Below are positions 37,906 through 46,984 of a DNA stretch of 64,000 nucleotides, piece after piece. A program made the position numbers and the translations under genes. This DNA is from Limisphaerales bacterium. Its GTDB lineage: Bacteria > Verrucomicrobiota > Verrucomicrobiia > Limisphaerales > AAA164-E04. Numbering within the stretch: the first letter of the stretch is position 1; each line of letters opens with the position of its first letter. Below the pieces are notes generated by a model. It did not search any database. It saw only the letters and a list, made by a program, of their open reading frames with translations, and was not told where the DNA came from. The stretch covers positions 2,574,692 through 2,638,691 of the forward strand of contig OZ251460.1 of NCBI GenBank assembly GCA_965242585.1. Reading direction: 5' to 3'.

Positions 37906-39318
37906 ATGAAGAAGCCAAAGAAGAGAAGGTGGAGAGTTGTCGCGCTGGTTTTGGGCGCGGCTCTTGCCGTTGTTTGGATCATCTTCTCGGCCTTGTCAAC
38001 GCCGACGCATCAAGGGAAGACGGTGGAAGAATGGATCGGCAAACTGCATTCGCCGAAGGACTACTTTGAAGCGGCCGAAGCCATCCAAGCCTTGCAAGCG
38101 ATTGGAGTGCCGGCCGTCCAACCTTTGCTCCGGGCTTGGGGCAATCTTCCCGGGAGCGAATTGTATGCGGCTGAAGCGCTGGCGGCCATTGGCGAACCTG
38201 CGGTTGAGCCTTTGGTTCGTTGGGTTAAGAAAAGCAATGGCCGCTTTCGCCGATGGACGCGGCGCTGGTGGTTTCGATTGCCTCCTTGGATGCAACAGCG
38301 CATCCGATGTCCCGAAGACGGAGGCAGAGCAATGCGGCTGGCGTATCCTCTTCTGGTCAAGATTGGTCCGTCCAACGAGAAAGCCGTCGAGTCCTTGCTT
38401 CAAGGCTTGGAGCATAAAGATTATCGTTATCGGACGCTGGCGATGAATTTTTTGCCGCTGATGGATCGCATCCACGCCGAGAAGATCGTCCCGGCTCTAA
38501 TGCGGTCTTTGTCGGATCCGGCCTCGCTGGATTGTGTGGTTGCGGCTAGGATGCTGGCTCACTTTGGCGCTCATGCCGCGCCTGCGACTTCGAGGTTGAT
38601 TGAATTGCTTCAATATGAAGACGGTTCTCCGGAAAGCTGTTTTCTGCGCATGGCGGCGGCGGATGCGTTGAGAAACATCGGCGATAGCTCGGCGCCGGTG
38701 ACGGATGCGTTGGCGCTTGGGCTGAAGGACGAAAGCGTCGTTTGCCGGGCGTATTGCGCGTTGGCGTTGTGGCAGCTGGAGAAGGAGCGGAAAAGCGCTT
38801 TGCGAGTTTTGGAGGCATCTCTCGACGGCTCTGTCGCCGGCGCCGAACTGACGCGCATTATAACCCGCTTGGCGCGTTTGGAAACGGACGACAAACCGCC
38901 GTTGGAAAGCCGTCTGCAATCTCTGCTGTTTCACCGCGATTCGAGAACTCAAATCTACGCCGCCGGCTGCTTGTGGACGATTTATCAAAGTCCAACGCAA
39001 GCGATGCCCGTTTTGCTGAACGCTTTGAAAAACGGGAGCGATAGCGAAAAGAGTCTTGCGGCGGACCGATTGGCGTTGATGGGAGAGGCCGGAAGCAAAG
39101 CCGTGCCGCTGTTGATCCGGACGGTGGAAGCCCAACCGGATGGACGCGCCAAATACAGCGCAATCAAAGCCTTGGGAAAAATGGGAGTGGTTGCTGCGGA
39201 CGCGATTCCCGTGTTGCAGAAAGAGCTGTCCAGTCCGGCGGCGCAAGCGCAGATACTGGCTCATGAAGCGATTGAAGCCATTCGCGCGGCGGCGGAGTCG
39301 CCGGCTTTTGGGAATTGA
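37906..39318 (+). CDS. HEAT-repeat (PBS-lyase-like) protein with N-terminal anchor
   Basis: An N-terminal TM/signal segment followed by recurrent ~30-aa A..AL..IG...A.P.L units. The antisense 399-aa ORF is a shadow. Confidence 0.7.
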   Translation: MKKPKKRRWRVVALVLGAALAVVWIIFSALSTPTHQGKTVEEWIGKLHSPKDYFEAAEAIQALQAIGVPAVQPLLRAWGNLPGSELYAAEALAAIGEPAVEPLVRWVKKSNGRFRRWTRRWWFRLPPWMQQRIRCPEDGGRAMRLAYPLLVKIGPSNEKAVESLLQGLEHKDYRYRTLAMNFLPLMDRIHAEKIVPALMRSLSDPASLDCVVAARMLAHFGAHAAPATSRLIELLQYEDGSPESCFLRMAAADALRNIGDSSAPVTDALALGLKDESVVCRAYCALALWQLEKERKSALRVLEASLDGSVAGAELTRIITRLARLETDDKPPLESRLQSLLFHRDSRTQIYAAGCLWTIYQSPTQAMPVLLNALKNGSDSEKSLAADRLALMGEAGSKAVPLLIRTVEAQPDGRAKYSAIKALGKMGVVAADAIPVLQKELSSPAAQAQILAHEAIEAIRAAAESPAFGN

Positions 39319-39372
39319 GCCGCCGTCCCTTTGCCGGGTCTGGTCTGAGGCGCTCTCTTTCCCCGCCGTGCA

Positions 39373-40464
39373 GTGAGGGAGAACCGGCAAAGTTGGGTGG
39401 AGAACGCCGTCGCGTTGCCGGTAGCCTTTGCTCAGGTTCGGGAGGACGCGCTTTTGGATCAAGAGGTGGTCAACGGTTTGGGGGCGGAAGTGCGCTTGAT
39501 TATGGTGGCTTCCGGCGGTTGCACGGCGGCTTTGTTGGCTTCGATGCCCCAAGTTCGTTGCCTGCGAATCGTGGATGCCAATCCCGCCCAACTTGCCTTG
39601 ACCAAGTTGAAACTCCGCTTGCTTTCCGAGCCGTCCGCTGAGCAACGGCTTCAGTTGCTGGGGCATCTGGGCATGCCTGCGGTTGCGCGGCGGCAAAAGC
39701 TAAAAGCTCTCTTTTCAGAAATTGGCTTGGCGGAGAACGTTCTGGGTCCGATTGCTTTGGTGTCCCGGTTGGGACCGGATCACGTCGGCCGTTATGAGCG
39801 AGTATTCGCCGCCTTGCGCCGCGCCCTTGCCTCCTCTCAAACCGAACTGGACTCGCTCTTATCTCTGTCCAAGGTGAGCGAACAAATTCGGATGGCGGCG
39901 CCTGAATCTCCGCTGGGAAGCCGTCTCGACAAGGCTTTGGAAGATGTGATGTCGCTGCCGAATTTGGTTCGGTTGTTTGGAGCGGAAGCGACCAACAATC
40001 CGCTTGCTCCGTTCTCCCTCCACTTTGCCCGCCGAATTCGCCGCGTTGTTGCGGACTGGCCGGCCTGCGACAATCCCTATCTATGGCAGATGCTCAAGGG
40101 GCGTTATCCCACGGGCAGTTTTGCGCCGTGGTTTGACTGTGCGGCGCCGAAACCTTTCCCCGAAATTGCGTTCGCAAACGCTTCGATGGGACAAGCGCTG
40201 GAATCGGCCGGAGAACCTTGCGACTTTATCCACCTCTCGAACATTCTGGACTGGCTTTCCCCACAAGCGGCGGCTCGGATGCTCCAACTTGCCGGCCGGG
40301 CATTGAAACCAGGGGGGCGAATTTTCATCCGCCAACTCAACTCCGCTTTGGACATTCGGCGAGCAGGGGCGATGTTTGAATGGCTGGACAAAGAATCAGA
40401 AGCGTTGCATAAGAAGGATCGAAGTTTTTTCTATCGCGCCCTTCACTTGGGCAAGAGAGCATGA
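39373..40464 (+). CDS. DUF3419 family protein (BtaA-like, SAM-dependent 3-amino-3-carboxypropyl-transferase-like)
   Basis: FAQVREDALLDQEV, LIMVASGGCTAALLAS and IHLSNILDWLSPQAAARMLQLAGRALKPGGRIFIRQLNS match my recollection of DUF3419. GTG start. Confidence 0.7.
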   Translation: MRENRQSWVENAVALPVAFAQVREDALLDQEVVNGLGAEVRLIMVASGGCTAALLASMPQVRCLRIVDANPAQLALTKLKLRLLSEPSAEQRLQLLGHLGMPAVARRQKLKALFSEIGLAENVLGPIALVSRLGPDHVGRYERVFAALRRALASSQTELDSLLSLSKVSEQIRMAAPESPLGSRLDKALEDVMSLPNLVRLFGAEATNNPLAPFSLHFARRIRRVVADWPACDNPYLWQMLKGRYPTGSFAPWFDCAAPKPFPEIAFANASMGQALESAGEPCDFIHLSNILDWLSPQAAARMLQLAGRALKPGGRIFIRQLNSALDIRRAGAMFEWLDKESEALHKKDRSFFYRALHLGKRA

Positions 40465-41441
40465 AAATTCGCCTTCTCACTGAAACGCCGTCGCCAAACA
40501 CGGCGCGGGCGCTGGCTCAATTCGAGCGGCAATTTCGCTATCCCCTCGGTCCCGGATGCTTTTTCAGAATCCACCACGGCGAGGACTATTCCCGTTTCTT
40601 TCGGGCTATGGGCAAAGGCGCCAGCTTTATCGCCGAGCGAAACGGAAACATCCTCGGCACAATCGGCGTCGCCCGCCGCGCATTGATTCTTCCCGATGGA
40701 AACTTGAAAAACGTGGTTTACATCGGCGACGCCAAAGTATCGCCCGAAATTCGCGGCGGAAGAGTGTTGTGGCGTCTTATTCAAGCGGTTCGGGCTTGGA
40801 CCGTCCGACACGCGGACGCCGCCTACTCCGCAGTAATGGAGGGAACGCCGATCGTCCCCACCCGCTACACTGGACGGCTCGGCATCGAACCGTTCGCCAA
40901 GCTGGCGGAAGTCGTCATCTTGAGAATCCCGGCCAAGAAGGCCTCCGTTCCTATCCAAAAGGATTGGAAAATCGACGAGGTGACCGGATGGAATCTCTAC
41001 CGGAAATTGACGCGAGGCTCCGCTCGATGCATTGGCGGCAAACCCGGTATGCGTTCCCTGACGCCGCCGCAATGGTTGGCGGCGCCGAATGGCAAAGCCG
41101 TCGGACTGCTCGAAGACACTCGACAAGCCAAACGATTGCTGGAGACTCCTCGGACCTTCCTCGGCGCCTCCAGCGACGGCAAAAGCCTGGAAATGAACGT
41201 CTCCCATCTTTCCCATTGCGCATGGTTGGAAGACGGTGACGGAATCGCTTTGTTGCAACGGGCATTAACGCTCTCGACAAAACGCGGATTTGATGCAATG
41301 TTCACGGCGGCGTCTTCCGCGGCGGCGGAAACTATCGTAGCCCTGCTTGGAGCGGAAGAACTCATCCAGGCCTCCGCCGGCATTTACGGCGCCGGCCTGG
41401 ACGCCGGAATGATTTGGAACCTCAACACATCGGAGATTTGA
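40461..41441 (+). CDS. Hypothetical protein, GNAT-like N-terminal half
   Basis: 326 aa. ATGA overlap with the upstream stop. FIAERNGNILGTIGVARRALILPDGNLKNVVYIGDAKVSPEIRGGRVLWRLIQAV looks like a GNAT beta4-alpha3 region. The assignment is weak. Confidence 0.5.
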   Translation: MKIRLLTETPSPNTARALAQFERQFRYPLGPGCFFRIHHGEDYSRFFRAMGKGASFIAERNGNILGTIGVARRALILPDGNLKNVVYIGDAKVSPEIRGGRVLWRLIQAVRAWTVRHADAAYSAVMEGTPIVPTRYTGRLGIEPFAKLAEVVILRIPAKKASVPIQKDWKIDEVTGWNLYRKLTRGSARCIGGKPGMRSLTPPQWLAAPNGKAVGLLEDTRQAKRLLETPRTFLGASSDGKSLEMNVSHLSHCAWLEDGDGIALLQRALTLSTKRGFDAMFTAASSAAAETIVALLGAEELIQASAGIYGAGLDAGMIWNLNTSEI

Positions 41442-41443
41442 CG

Positions 41444-42154
41444 ATGAACAAAGAACGCCGCGCTCCCAACGTCGTTGCGCACGCCGACCGGGTATTGCAA
41501 CGAATCGACATCCTCAACAACGCCTACTTGGCCGCTTTGAAAGGCGGTTCTATGTCTTTGGACTGCTTCCGAAAAACCCAAGAACAATTCTTCTTTGCCG
41601 TTACCTTTTTCCCTCGGCCGATGGCCGCTCTGGTGGGACGCATTCCCAACCCGACACAACGCTTAGACATCCTCCGCAACCTAGTGGAAGAGCATGGCGA
41701 GTTCGACGAAAAAGCCTTTCATCACTCCACCTTTCAACAATTTCTTCGCTCCATCGGAAGCGACCCGAAAACACTCGACCAGCTCTTTGTTTCGCCGGCC
41801 GTTCGGGCATTCAACAGCGTGTTGACCGCCTCGTGCGTTCTGGACGAAATCGAAGTAGGCGTCGCCTGCTTGGGAATTATCGAATACGCTTTTGCGGGCA
41901 TTTCGGCCGTCATCGGAAAGGCCGTAGTAGATCGCGGCTGGGTGCAAGCGGAGAATCTCACGCACTATAAACTGCATGCCGAAATCGACGAGCGCCATGC
42001 GGAAGAATTTTTTGCCATTATCGAGCCCCTCTGGCCGGAAAAACAGAAGCGTTACTACATCCAACAGGGACTGGACCTAGGCGGCTATATCTTCGACCGC
42101 CTCTACCGAGATATGCTCGACGGGGCCGAGAAAACAAACAACTTCCGGCGGTAA
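41444..42154 (+). CDS. Heme-oxygenase-like iron-containing redox enzyme family protein
   Basis: LVEEHGEFDEKAFHHSTFQQFL and YKLHAEIDERHAEEFF supply the E/H ligand-type helices of the HO-like di-metal (TenA/PqqC-fold) family. The start is 2 nt after the upstream stop. Confidence 0.65.
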   Translation: MNKERRAPNVVAHADRVLQRIDILNNAYLAALKGGSMSLDCFRKTQEQFFFAVTFFPRPMAALVGRIPNPTQRLDILRNLVEEHGEFDEKAFHHSTFQQFLRSIGSDPKTLDQLFVSPAVRAFNSVLTASCVLDEIEVGVACLGIIEYAFAGISAVIGKAVVDRGWVQAENLTHYKLHAEIDERHAEEFFAIIEPLWPEKQKRYYIQQGLDLGGYIFDRLYRDMLDGAEKTNNFRR

Positions 42155-42396
42155 AAAGAAGAGCGATTAGAGAAGTATCTCCTCGCGCTTTCCATCCCCG
42201 CGCAATGAAAAACTCCGCAAGGCAAGATGGTAAAAGTATATCTAATATCTCTTTATAAATACAATTATAAATAGAGACTAATAGAGCGACGAAAATAGTA
42301 GGATGCCCATGGTGCGCTTCTGCGGAATGGAAATGGGATACTAACAAAAAAAGTCTCGTTCCCTTGTATAAAGCGCTTTTGAGAATTCACAAAACT

Positions 42397-43665
42397 TCAG
42401 CTCTCCACTACCGGCGCGGCGTTTTTACATACGACTTCGGCCATGCGTTCCACTTCGGCTTGAGGCATTTCACGGTAAAGCGGCAAGAAGACGGTTTCTT
42501 CCAGCAACCGTTGCGCCCGCGCGGATTCCAAGTCGGGACGGTCTTGCGATGCCTTCACGGTCGTCATGCTGCCGTGTGTGCAGGCGTCGAACCCGCAATG
42601 CCGCAATGCCGCAAGTGTGCGCTTCGGATTGTCTACGCGTATGGCAAACAGATCGAAAGCGCGCCTCTCGGCGTCCTTGCCGACCGTCGGAAACGTTGCG
42701 CCTAGCCGCGCCGCCAATCTCAAGCCTCGCTTCTGTTGATTGCTTGCCCGGTCGGGGCGAAATTGACGCAGCCGACGCGCCAGCAAGGCCGTCAACGGAG
42801 CGCAGGGACGCTGCCTCAGTTGGCGGAGGAATTGCGCGTCGTCAAAGCCGCGCACTTGCTTTTTAAGCCAAGCGTCGTAGTCGATGCCCGCCGAAGTCAA
42901 CGCATGCGCCAACGCCGAGAAGGGCAAGCGGCCGCCAAGCGCCTTCAATGCGGAATACTTGATCAGACGGAGCAGATAACGTCGGCGGGGCTGTTTTGTG
43001 TAACGCCGCTGGATGTCCCGCATTCGTGCCGCCAAGCCGGCGTCGCGCAAAGTCAACACCGCGCCGCCCAGCGCCGTTGCTGTTTTGATCGCGCCGAAGC
43101 TGTGCATGGCGACGTCGCATTCCGGCGGCATGGCGAAGGGAACGCCGTCAAAGGCTTGGGCGCGATCTTCTACAACCAACAATCCGCGTTGGCGGGCCAG
43201 CGCGTTCAGTTCGGCAAGGTTTAGGCGGGCGCCAAAAAGATGGGCTGTTACTAAGACGCGAGTTTGCGGCGTGATGGCTTGACGCGCGGCTTGGATTGTC
43301 GGACGCAAGCCAGTCCCATCCACGTCCAAAGGCACGGGCTTCAATCCGTTTTCTTCCACGACCCGCATCATGCCCGGCACGTTGAGCGCGCTCATCAGCA
43401 CTTCGCTTTCCTTTGGGAGACGGAGTGCCTGTAGCAACAGATCAAAACCCGTGCGAACGGAAAGACACACCAGCGCGTGGCCGTTGATTGTCCACGATGA
43501 CTCGATGTGTTTTGAACGGCCGCCGCCCGGCCAAAGGCAGCGGAATCCTCCGTAGCAGAAGTCGCTCCAAGCAATGTCCAGCCGTTTGCGCGGCCACAAG
43601 AGCCGCCGTCTTTGGCCGCTGGCGCTTTCCTGCGGGGATTGCCGCGTTGGAGATGGTTTCGGCAT
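42397..43665 (-). CDS. DegT/DnrJ/EryC1/StrS-family PLP aminotransferase
   Basis: It shows the fold-type I sugar-aminotransferase pattern (VLMSALNVPGMMRVVEENGLKPVPLDVD, HSFGAIKTATALGGAVL). The start is set at ATG 43665. Confidence 0.8.
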   Translation of the reverse strand: MPKPSPTRQSPQESASGQRRRLLWPRKRLDIAWSDFCYGGFRCLWPGGGRSKHIESSWTINGHALVCLSVRTGFDLLLQALRLPKESEVLMSALNVPGMMRVVEENGLKPVPLDVDGTGLRPTIQAARQAITPQTRVLVTAHLFGARLNLAELNALARQRGLLVVEDRAQAFDGVPFAMPPECDVAMHSFGAIKTATALGGAVLTLRDAGLAARMRDIQRRYTKQPRRRYLLRLIKYSALKALGGRLPFSALAHALTSAGIDYDAWLKKQVRGFDDAQFLRQLRQRPCAPLTALLARRLRQFRPDRASNQQKRGLRLAARLGATFPTVGKDAERRAFDLFAIRVDNPKRTLAALRHCGFDACTHGSMTTVKASQDRPDLESARAQRLLEETVFLPLYREMPQAEVERMAEVVCKNAAPVVES

Positions 43666-43790
43666 AGCGCGTTGTTTACGCTTGGGAAAATATAGACTTG
43701 TTTTACACGGCGAGGCAACAGTCTCTAATTTTTCAAAAACGACAGTGCTGGATAAGAAAAACTGGCAAGCCCCGCTATCAAGCCACCGCC

Positions 43791-43827
43791 ACAAAAGAAA
43801 ACCGCCGAGAAACGAATCTCGACGGTT
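43791..43827 (-). terminator. Rho-independent terminator of the 46120->43854 operon
   Basis: On the minus strand: AACCGTCGAGA-TTCGT-TTCTCGGCGGTT followed by TTTCTTTTG. It shares the core CCGTCGAGATTCGT with the terminator at 12113-12145. Confidence 0.7.
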
Positions 43828-43853
43828 GTTTCCGCAAAGGCAAAGACGCCTTT

Positions 43854-44744
43854 CTACTCTTCATTCGGAGGAAACGCCAAATCGGTGGCCGCTTGGATGG
43901 CTTCCTGTTTTGCTCGCTCCTCTGGCGTAAGGATAATCTCGTCAACCTCCTTAAGATACTGGCGAGATTCTTGGATTCGCTTGTCAATGGCGGCATTCTG
44001 CTTTTGCATCATCAAGGTGGTTACCGCGCGAAAGTGAACCATCTTTTCCCGGGCAAACTCTCTCGCCTTCTGCTCTTTTTCTGTGAGCTCTCCTTCCACT
44101 CCCCCCAGCAGGAAAAAGGCCTCGTGCGCTTTAAATCGCTCTCGGAGGCCGTCTTTCATTTTCTCCAATTCAGCAAGATCCTCCTCTCCTAAACTAGCCT
44201 CAAACGCATCCACCTCCCGAATAATGCCTCTCATTTGCGAGCGCATTTCCTCCGGCATGCCGGCGAATTGTTGCTCCAATTCATGTTCATACGCCTCTTC
44301 AAAGGTTTGGGGAGGATCATCGGTGCCTTCAGAATCTTCGCGGACCGGGTCATTCACCATCTTCAAGACAGGAGGCAGGTCAGTTGGATCGCCGCAACAA
44401 GGAACGGAATCTATGGCGTCAGGATTTACATTAGCCATCTCTTGAACTGAATCGGTTTCCATGCCAACTATCGAATTAGGTGGATTGGCAGGAATCGCCG
44501 CGGCGCGTTCTTTGGAAATCTCCGCAAACACTTTTAGCGTCTCCTCAAGAATCCTGCGCTGTTCCCGCAACATCTCTTGAGTTTCTTCCTGAGCCTGATA
44601 TTGCACGTCCCGTTGTTTTTGCAAGGCAAACCATTCGAAAGCGGGGTTCGCAATATTTATTAAGAGAACTCCCATGACACAGACGTAGACCACCCGAATC
44701 ATGACCATTCCCTTCACAACCATTTGTTTTTCTTTGTCTTCCAT
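43854..44744 (-). CDS. Hypothetical membrane-anchored acidic coiled-coil protein
   Basis: Start set at MEDKEKQ (ATG 44744, 5 nt after the upstream stop). It has a TM helix (MIRVVYVCVMGVLLINIA) and then an E/Q-rich helical region. The architecture is the same as 12171..12905. Confidence 0.55.
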   Translation of the reverse strand: MEDKEKQMVVKGMVMIRVVYVCVMGVLLINIANPAFEWFALQKQRDVQYQAQEETQEMLREQRRILEETLKVFAEISKERAAAIPANPPNSIVGMETDSVQEMANVNPDAIDSVPCCGDPTDLPPVLKMVNDPVREDSEGTDDPPQTFEEAYEHELEQQFAGMPEEMRSQMRGIIREVDAFEASLGEEDLAELEKMKDGLRERFKAHEAFFLLGGVEGELTEKEQKAREFAREKMVHFRAVTTLMMQKQNAAIDKRIQESRQYLKEVDEIILTPEERAKQEAIQAATDLAFPPNEE

Positions 44745-44748
44745 AGCC

Positions 44749-45051
44749 TTACTTACTAGCGATTGTTTGATGCGTAGAATCGGAACCACCGGCAAACTGC
44801 GCCGACAGGATTTTGCTCTTTTCAAGCACTTCTTTTTGCTTCTCTAGAACCGAAGCCTGTTCCGTTTGAATCCCGCGTTCTCCGAGCAACATTGTTCCTG
44901 CCGACACGGCGTGAACAGAGGTGCTTGGATGCGGCCCAAAATGACGAACCGCAAACTGGCGAGCGGATGCTAGAAGAAAGACAAGAGCCCCTATCACAAT
45001 CACGCTCATCGTCACGCCGGTAGTCACTTTTTCCCTTTTCGTCCACTTCAT
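44749..45051 (-). CDS. Small single-TM protein
   Basis: 100 aa. MKWTKREKVTTGVTMSVIVIGALVFLLASA. It sits in operon position. Confidence 0.5.
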   Translation of the reverse strand: MKWTKREKVTTGVTMSVIVIGALVFLLASARQFAVRHFGPHPSTSVHAVSAGTMLLGERGIQTEQASVLEKQKEVLEKSKILSAQFAGGSDSTHQTIASK

Positions 45052-45066
45052 TTCGCCTCCTTGGGT

Positions 45067-45579
45067 TTACAGGTCGCATTCCGTGAAATTCGGGTCTATC
45101 GCCCTGGCGCAAGCCCGCACAGCTTCGTCATGCTCTTTGCATAGCTTGTTGATTTGCTGGCGGTAATACCAAATAAGACCAGCCTCAGCGACCACTCCCG
45201 CAGCGGCTGCCTTGATTCCACAGTAGTAAGGAGAGATCTTTGATGCAACAGCATCAAGCAGTCCCCGAATACTTTTGATTTTTAGTTTCCCCAAATAGCA
45301 ACCTCCACCCACTGTCGCCGTGGTACCAAGCACAAGCACCTGATTGGAAACGAACTCGTCCCAGGCAATCTCTTTTTGCGTTTCCCAGTGACTCACCGCA
45401 TTTGCGTAGCAAACCCCAAACTCCGCATATTTTGAAAGGTTGTTCACAACAACCACTGGCGAGAGTTCGACGCTAATGGAACATGCGGGAAACCCGCACT
45501 GTAAGTCTGTCTGCGCATTGGCCGGCGCGCTGGCGGCGAGGCCAATGGCAATCATTATGGCAAAAATGTAATTTTTCAT
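45067..45579 (-). CDS. Secreted Cys-rich hypothetical protein
   Basis: Signal peptide MKNYIFAIMIAIGLAASAPANAQ. The mature part has 8 Cys. Confidence 0.55.
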   Translation of the reverse strand: MKNYIFAIMIAIGLAASAPANAQTDLQCGFPACSISVELSPVVVVNNLSKYAEFGVCYANAVSHWETQKEIAWDEFVSNQVLVLGTTATVGGGCYLGKLKIKSIRGLLDAVASKISPYYCGIKAAAAGVVAEAGLIWYYRQQINKLCKEHDEAVRACARAIDPNFTECDL

Positions 45580-45619
45580 GTCAGTAAAAATCTAGTTTCG
45601 TTGTTGTCTTTGTTCGAAT

Positions 45620-46120
45620 TCAGTTGATGTAGTTAATCCAAGCCTCCATGGCGTCATTCGCCTTTTGTGTGGCCGACGCCATGCTTGATTCCAAAGTGCT
45701 GATTGCGGTTGACATTGTAGCCATCCAAACTCCCCAAGCGGCCATCGGGCAATTCACGAGGGTTGTTCTCGACTCATTCCTTAAAAGACACACATTGGTG
45801 CTTGAGACGAAAGCCGCCGTGGCCGAATCAATGGCATCCATGTAACTTCCGAGCGCGCTGGATAAGTCAGAGGCGAAAGTTGCGTTGATGCTCGCAATCT
45901 TGGCTCGAAGGCCGGGGAGGTCGACGTCGCTGTTCGGATGATCATCCTGCCGAATGGAAGTCACCGTCCATTGCGGATAGTTGTAAATGTCGCTATCCGG
46001 GCCGAATCCTTCCACGCGGACGGCCTCAACATGTGGGACGCCATTGTAGTAAACCGTCATGGAAAAACCATCGATGCGGATTTGCGCATTCGCCTCCGGC
46101 GTTTGAACGCCAACCAGCAT
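45620..46120 (-). CDS. Secreted hypothetical protein (start unresolved)
   Basis: The first in-frame ATG falls inside an apparent signal peptide (..GKSVLTVLALTMLVGVQTPEANAQ). The in-frame upstream stretch has no canonical start, and ATG 46223 is in another frame. Confidence 0.5.
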   Translation of the reverse strand: MLVGVQTPEANAQIRIDGFSMTVYYNGVPHVEAVRVEGFGPDSDIYNYPQWTVTSIRQDDHPNSDVDLPGLRAKIASINATFASDLSSALGSYMDAIDSATAAFVSSTNVCLLRNESRTTLVNCPMAAWGVWMATMSTAISTLESSMASATQKANDAMEAWINYIN

Positions 46121-46407
46121 GGTCAGCGCGAGGACGGTGAGGACGCTCTTCCCAAAGGCGTCTTGGTTGGTTTGGCCAAAAGCCGAGTTCGTCTGATGTC
46201 TGATGCTTCATAAAACAATGCAATTGATTTTACTTTCAATTAACAAAACACCGCTCGGCAGGATTCGTGTCACGATTTCTTTCTTTTTTTTGTTTTGCTT
46301 GAGTCAGACGGTGCGGCAAAGTTGGGGAAATTCCACAGATTGTCAAGCATAAAGGCGCGGTTTTGAAAAGCGGTTTTGAATTTTGGAGCTTGGGTTATTG
46401 GGCGTAG

Positions 46408-46968
46408 ATGGATTTGGGGTTGGCGCTGGATGAAGAGTTTTCGATCTCAGACGAGCGGGCGAGGGAATTGCTGGCACGGATTGCTGCGATGGGATGTGAA
46501 TCGGCCTTTTCTGACTTTGGTGGCGGCTTACGGGCAGGATATGCGTCGTATATTGGCGGCGCGCGTGCTGGACGAATCGGAACTAGAATTGGAGGAGCAA
46601 GAGTTTTGGTCCAAGGTGGTTCAACACGCCGGAAAGTATGTCGAGGGTAGTCCGGTGAAGCATTGGCTGGCGGTGATTGCTAGGAATCAGGCATTGAACG
46701 CGCAACGGAGGCTAAATAATCGGATGAAGGTGGTGTTGTTCCGAGCGGAGATGGCGTCGAGGATGCGGGACGATAAAGAAGATGATGATTTAGAGCGGTC
46801 AGAAGATCGCGCAGCACGGTTAATCTTCCGCCATTATATCGAGGGCGCATCATACAAGCAAATGGAGGCGGAAGAACATACACCTACTCCAATATGCGCA
46901 CTCTGGTAAGCCGCGCCATCGCTTCTATACGGCAGATTCTCATCAATGTGTATGGGAGGGGGGGGTAG
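46408..46968 (+). pseudogene. ECF-type sigma-70 factor gene interrupted by two frameshifts
   Basis: Region-2-like pieces are SDERARELLARIAAMGCESAFSDF (frame 1) and VAAYGQDMRRILAARVLDESELELEEQEFWSKV...HWLAVIARNQALNAQRR (frame 2). The region-4 pieces are RLIFRHYIEGASYKQM (frame 2) and SNMRTLVSRAIASIRQIL (frame 1, ending at TAG 46966-46968). Confidence 0.55.
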
Positions 46969-46984
46969 AGAAGTCGCCGTAGAA

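Noticed and set aside
38497-39696. 399-aa minus-strand ORF opposite the HEAT-repeat gene
   Set aside because: It is an R/Q/H-rich shadow ORF. The + strand product has a clear repeat structure.
40443-41258. 271-aa minus-strand ORF opposite 40461..41441
   Set aside because: The + strand ORF is translationally coupled to both neighbours and has more protein-like composition. The minus-strand ORF is G/D/R/S-rich and lacks any context.
42248-42277. AT-rich imperfect palindrome TCTCTTTATAAATACAATTATAAATAGAGA between convergent genes
   Set aside because: It is probably just a weak bidirectional terminator or AT-rich spacer. The stem is imperfect and there is no flanking U-tract.
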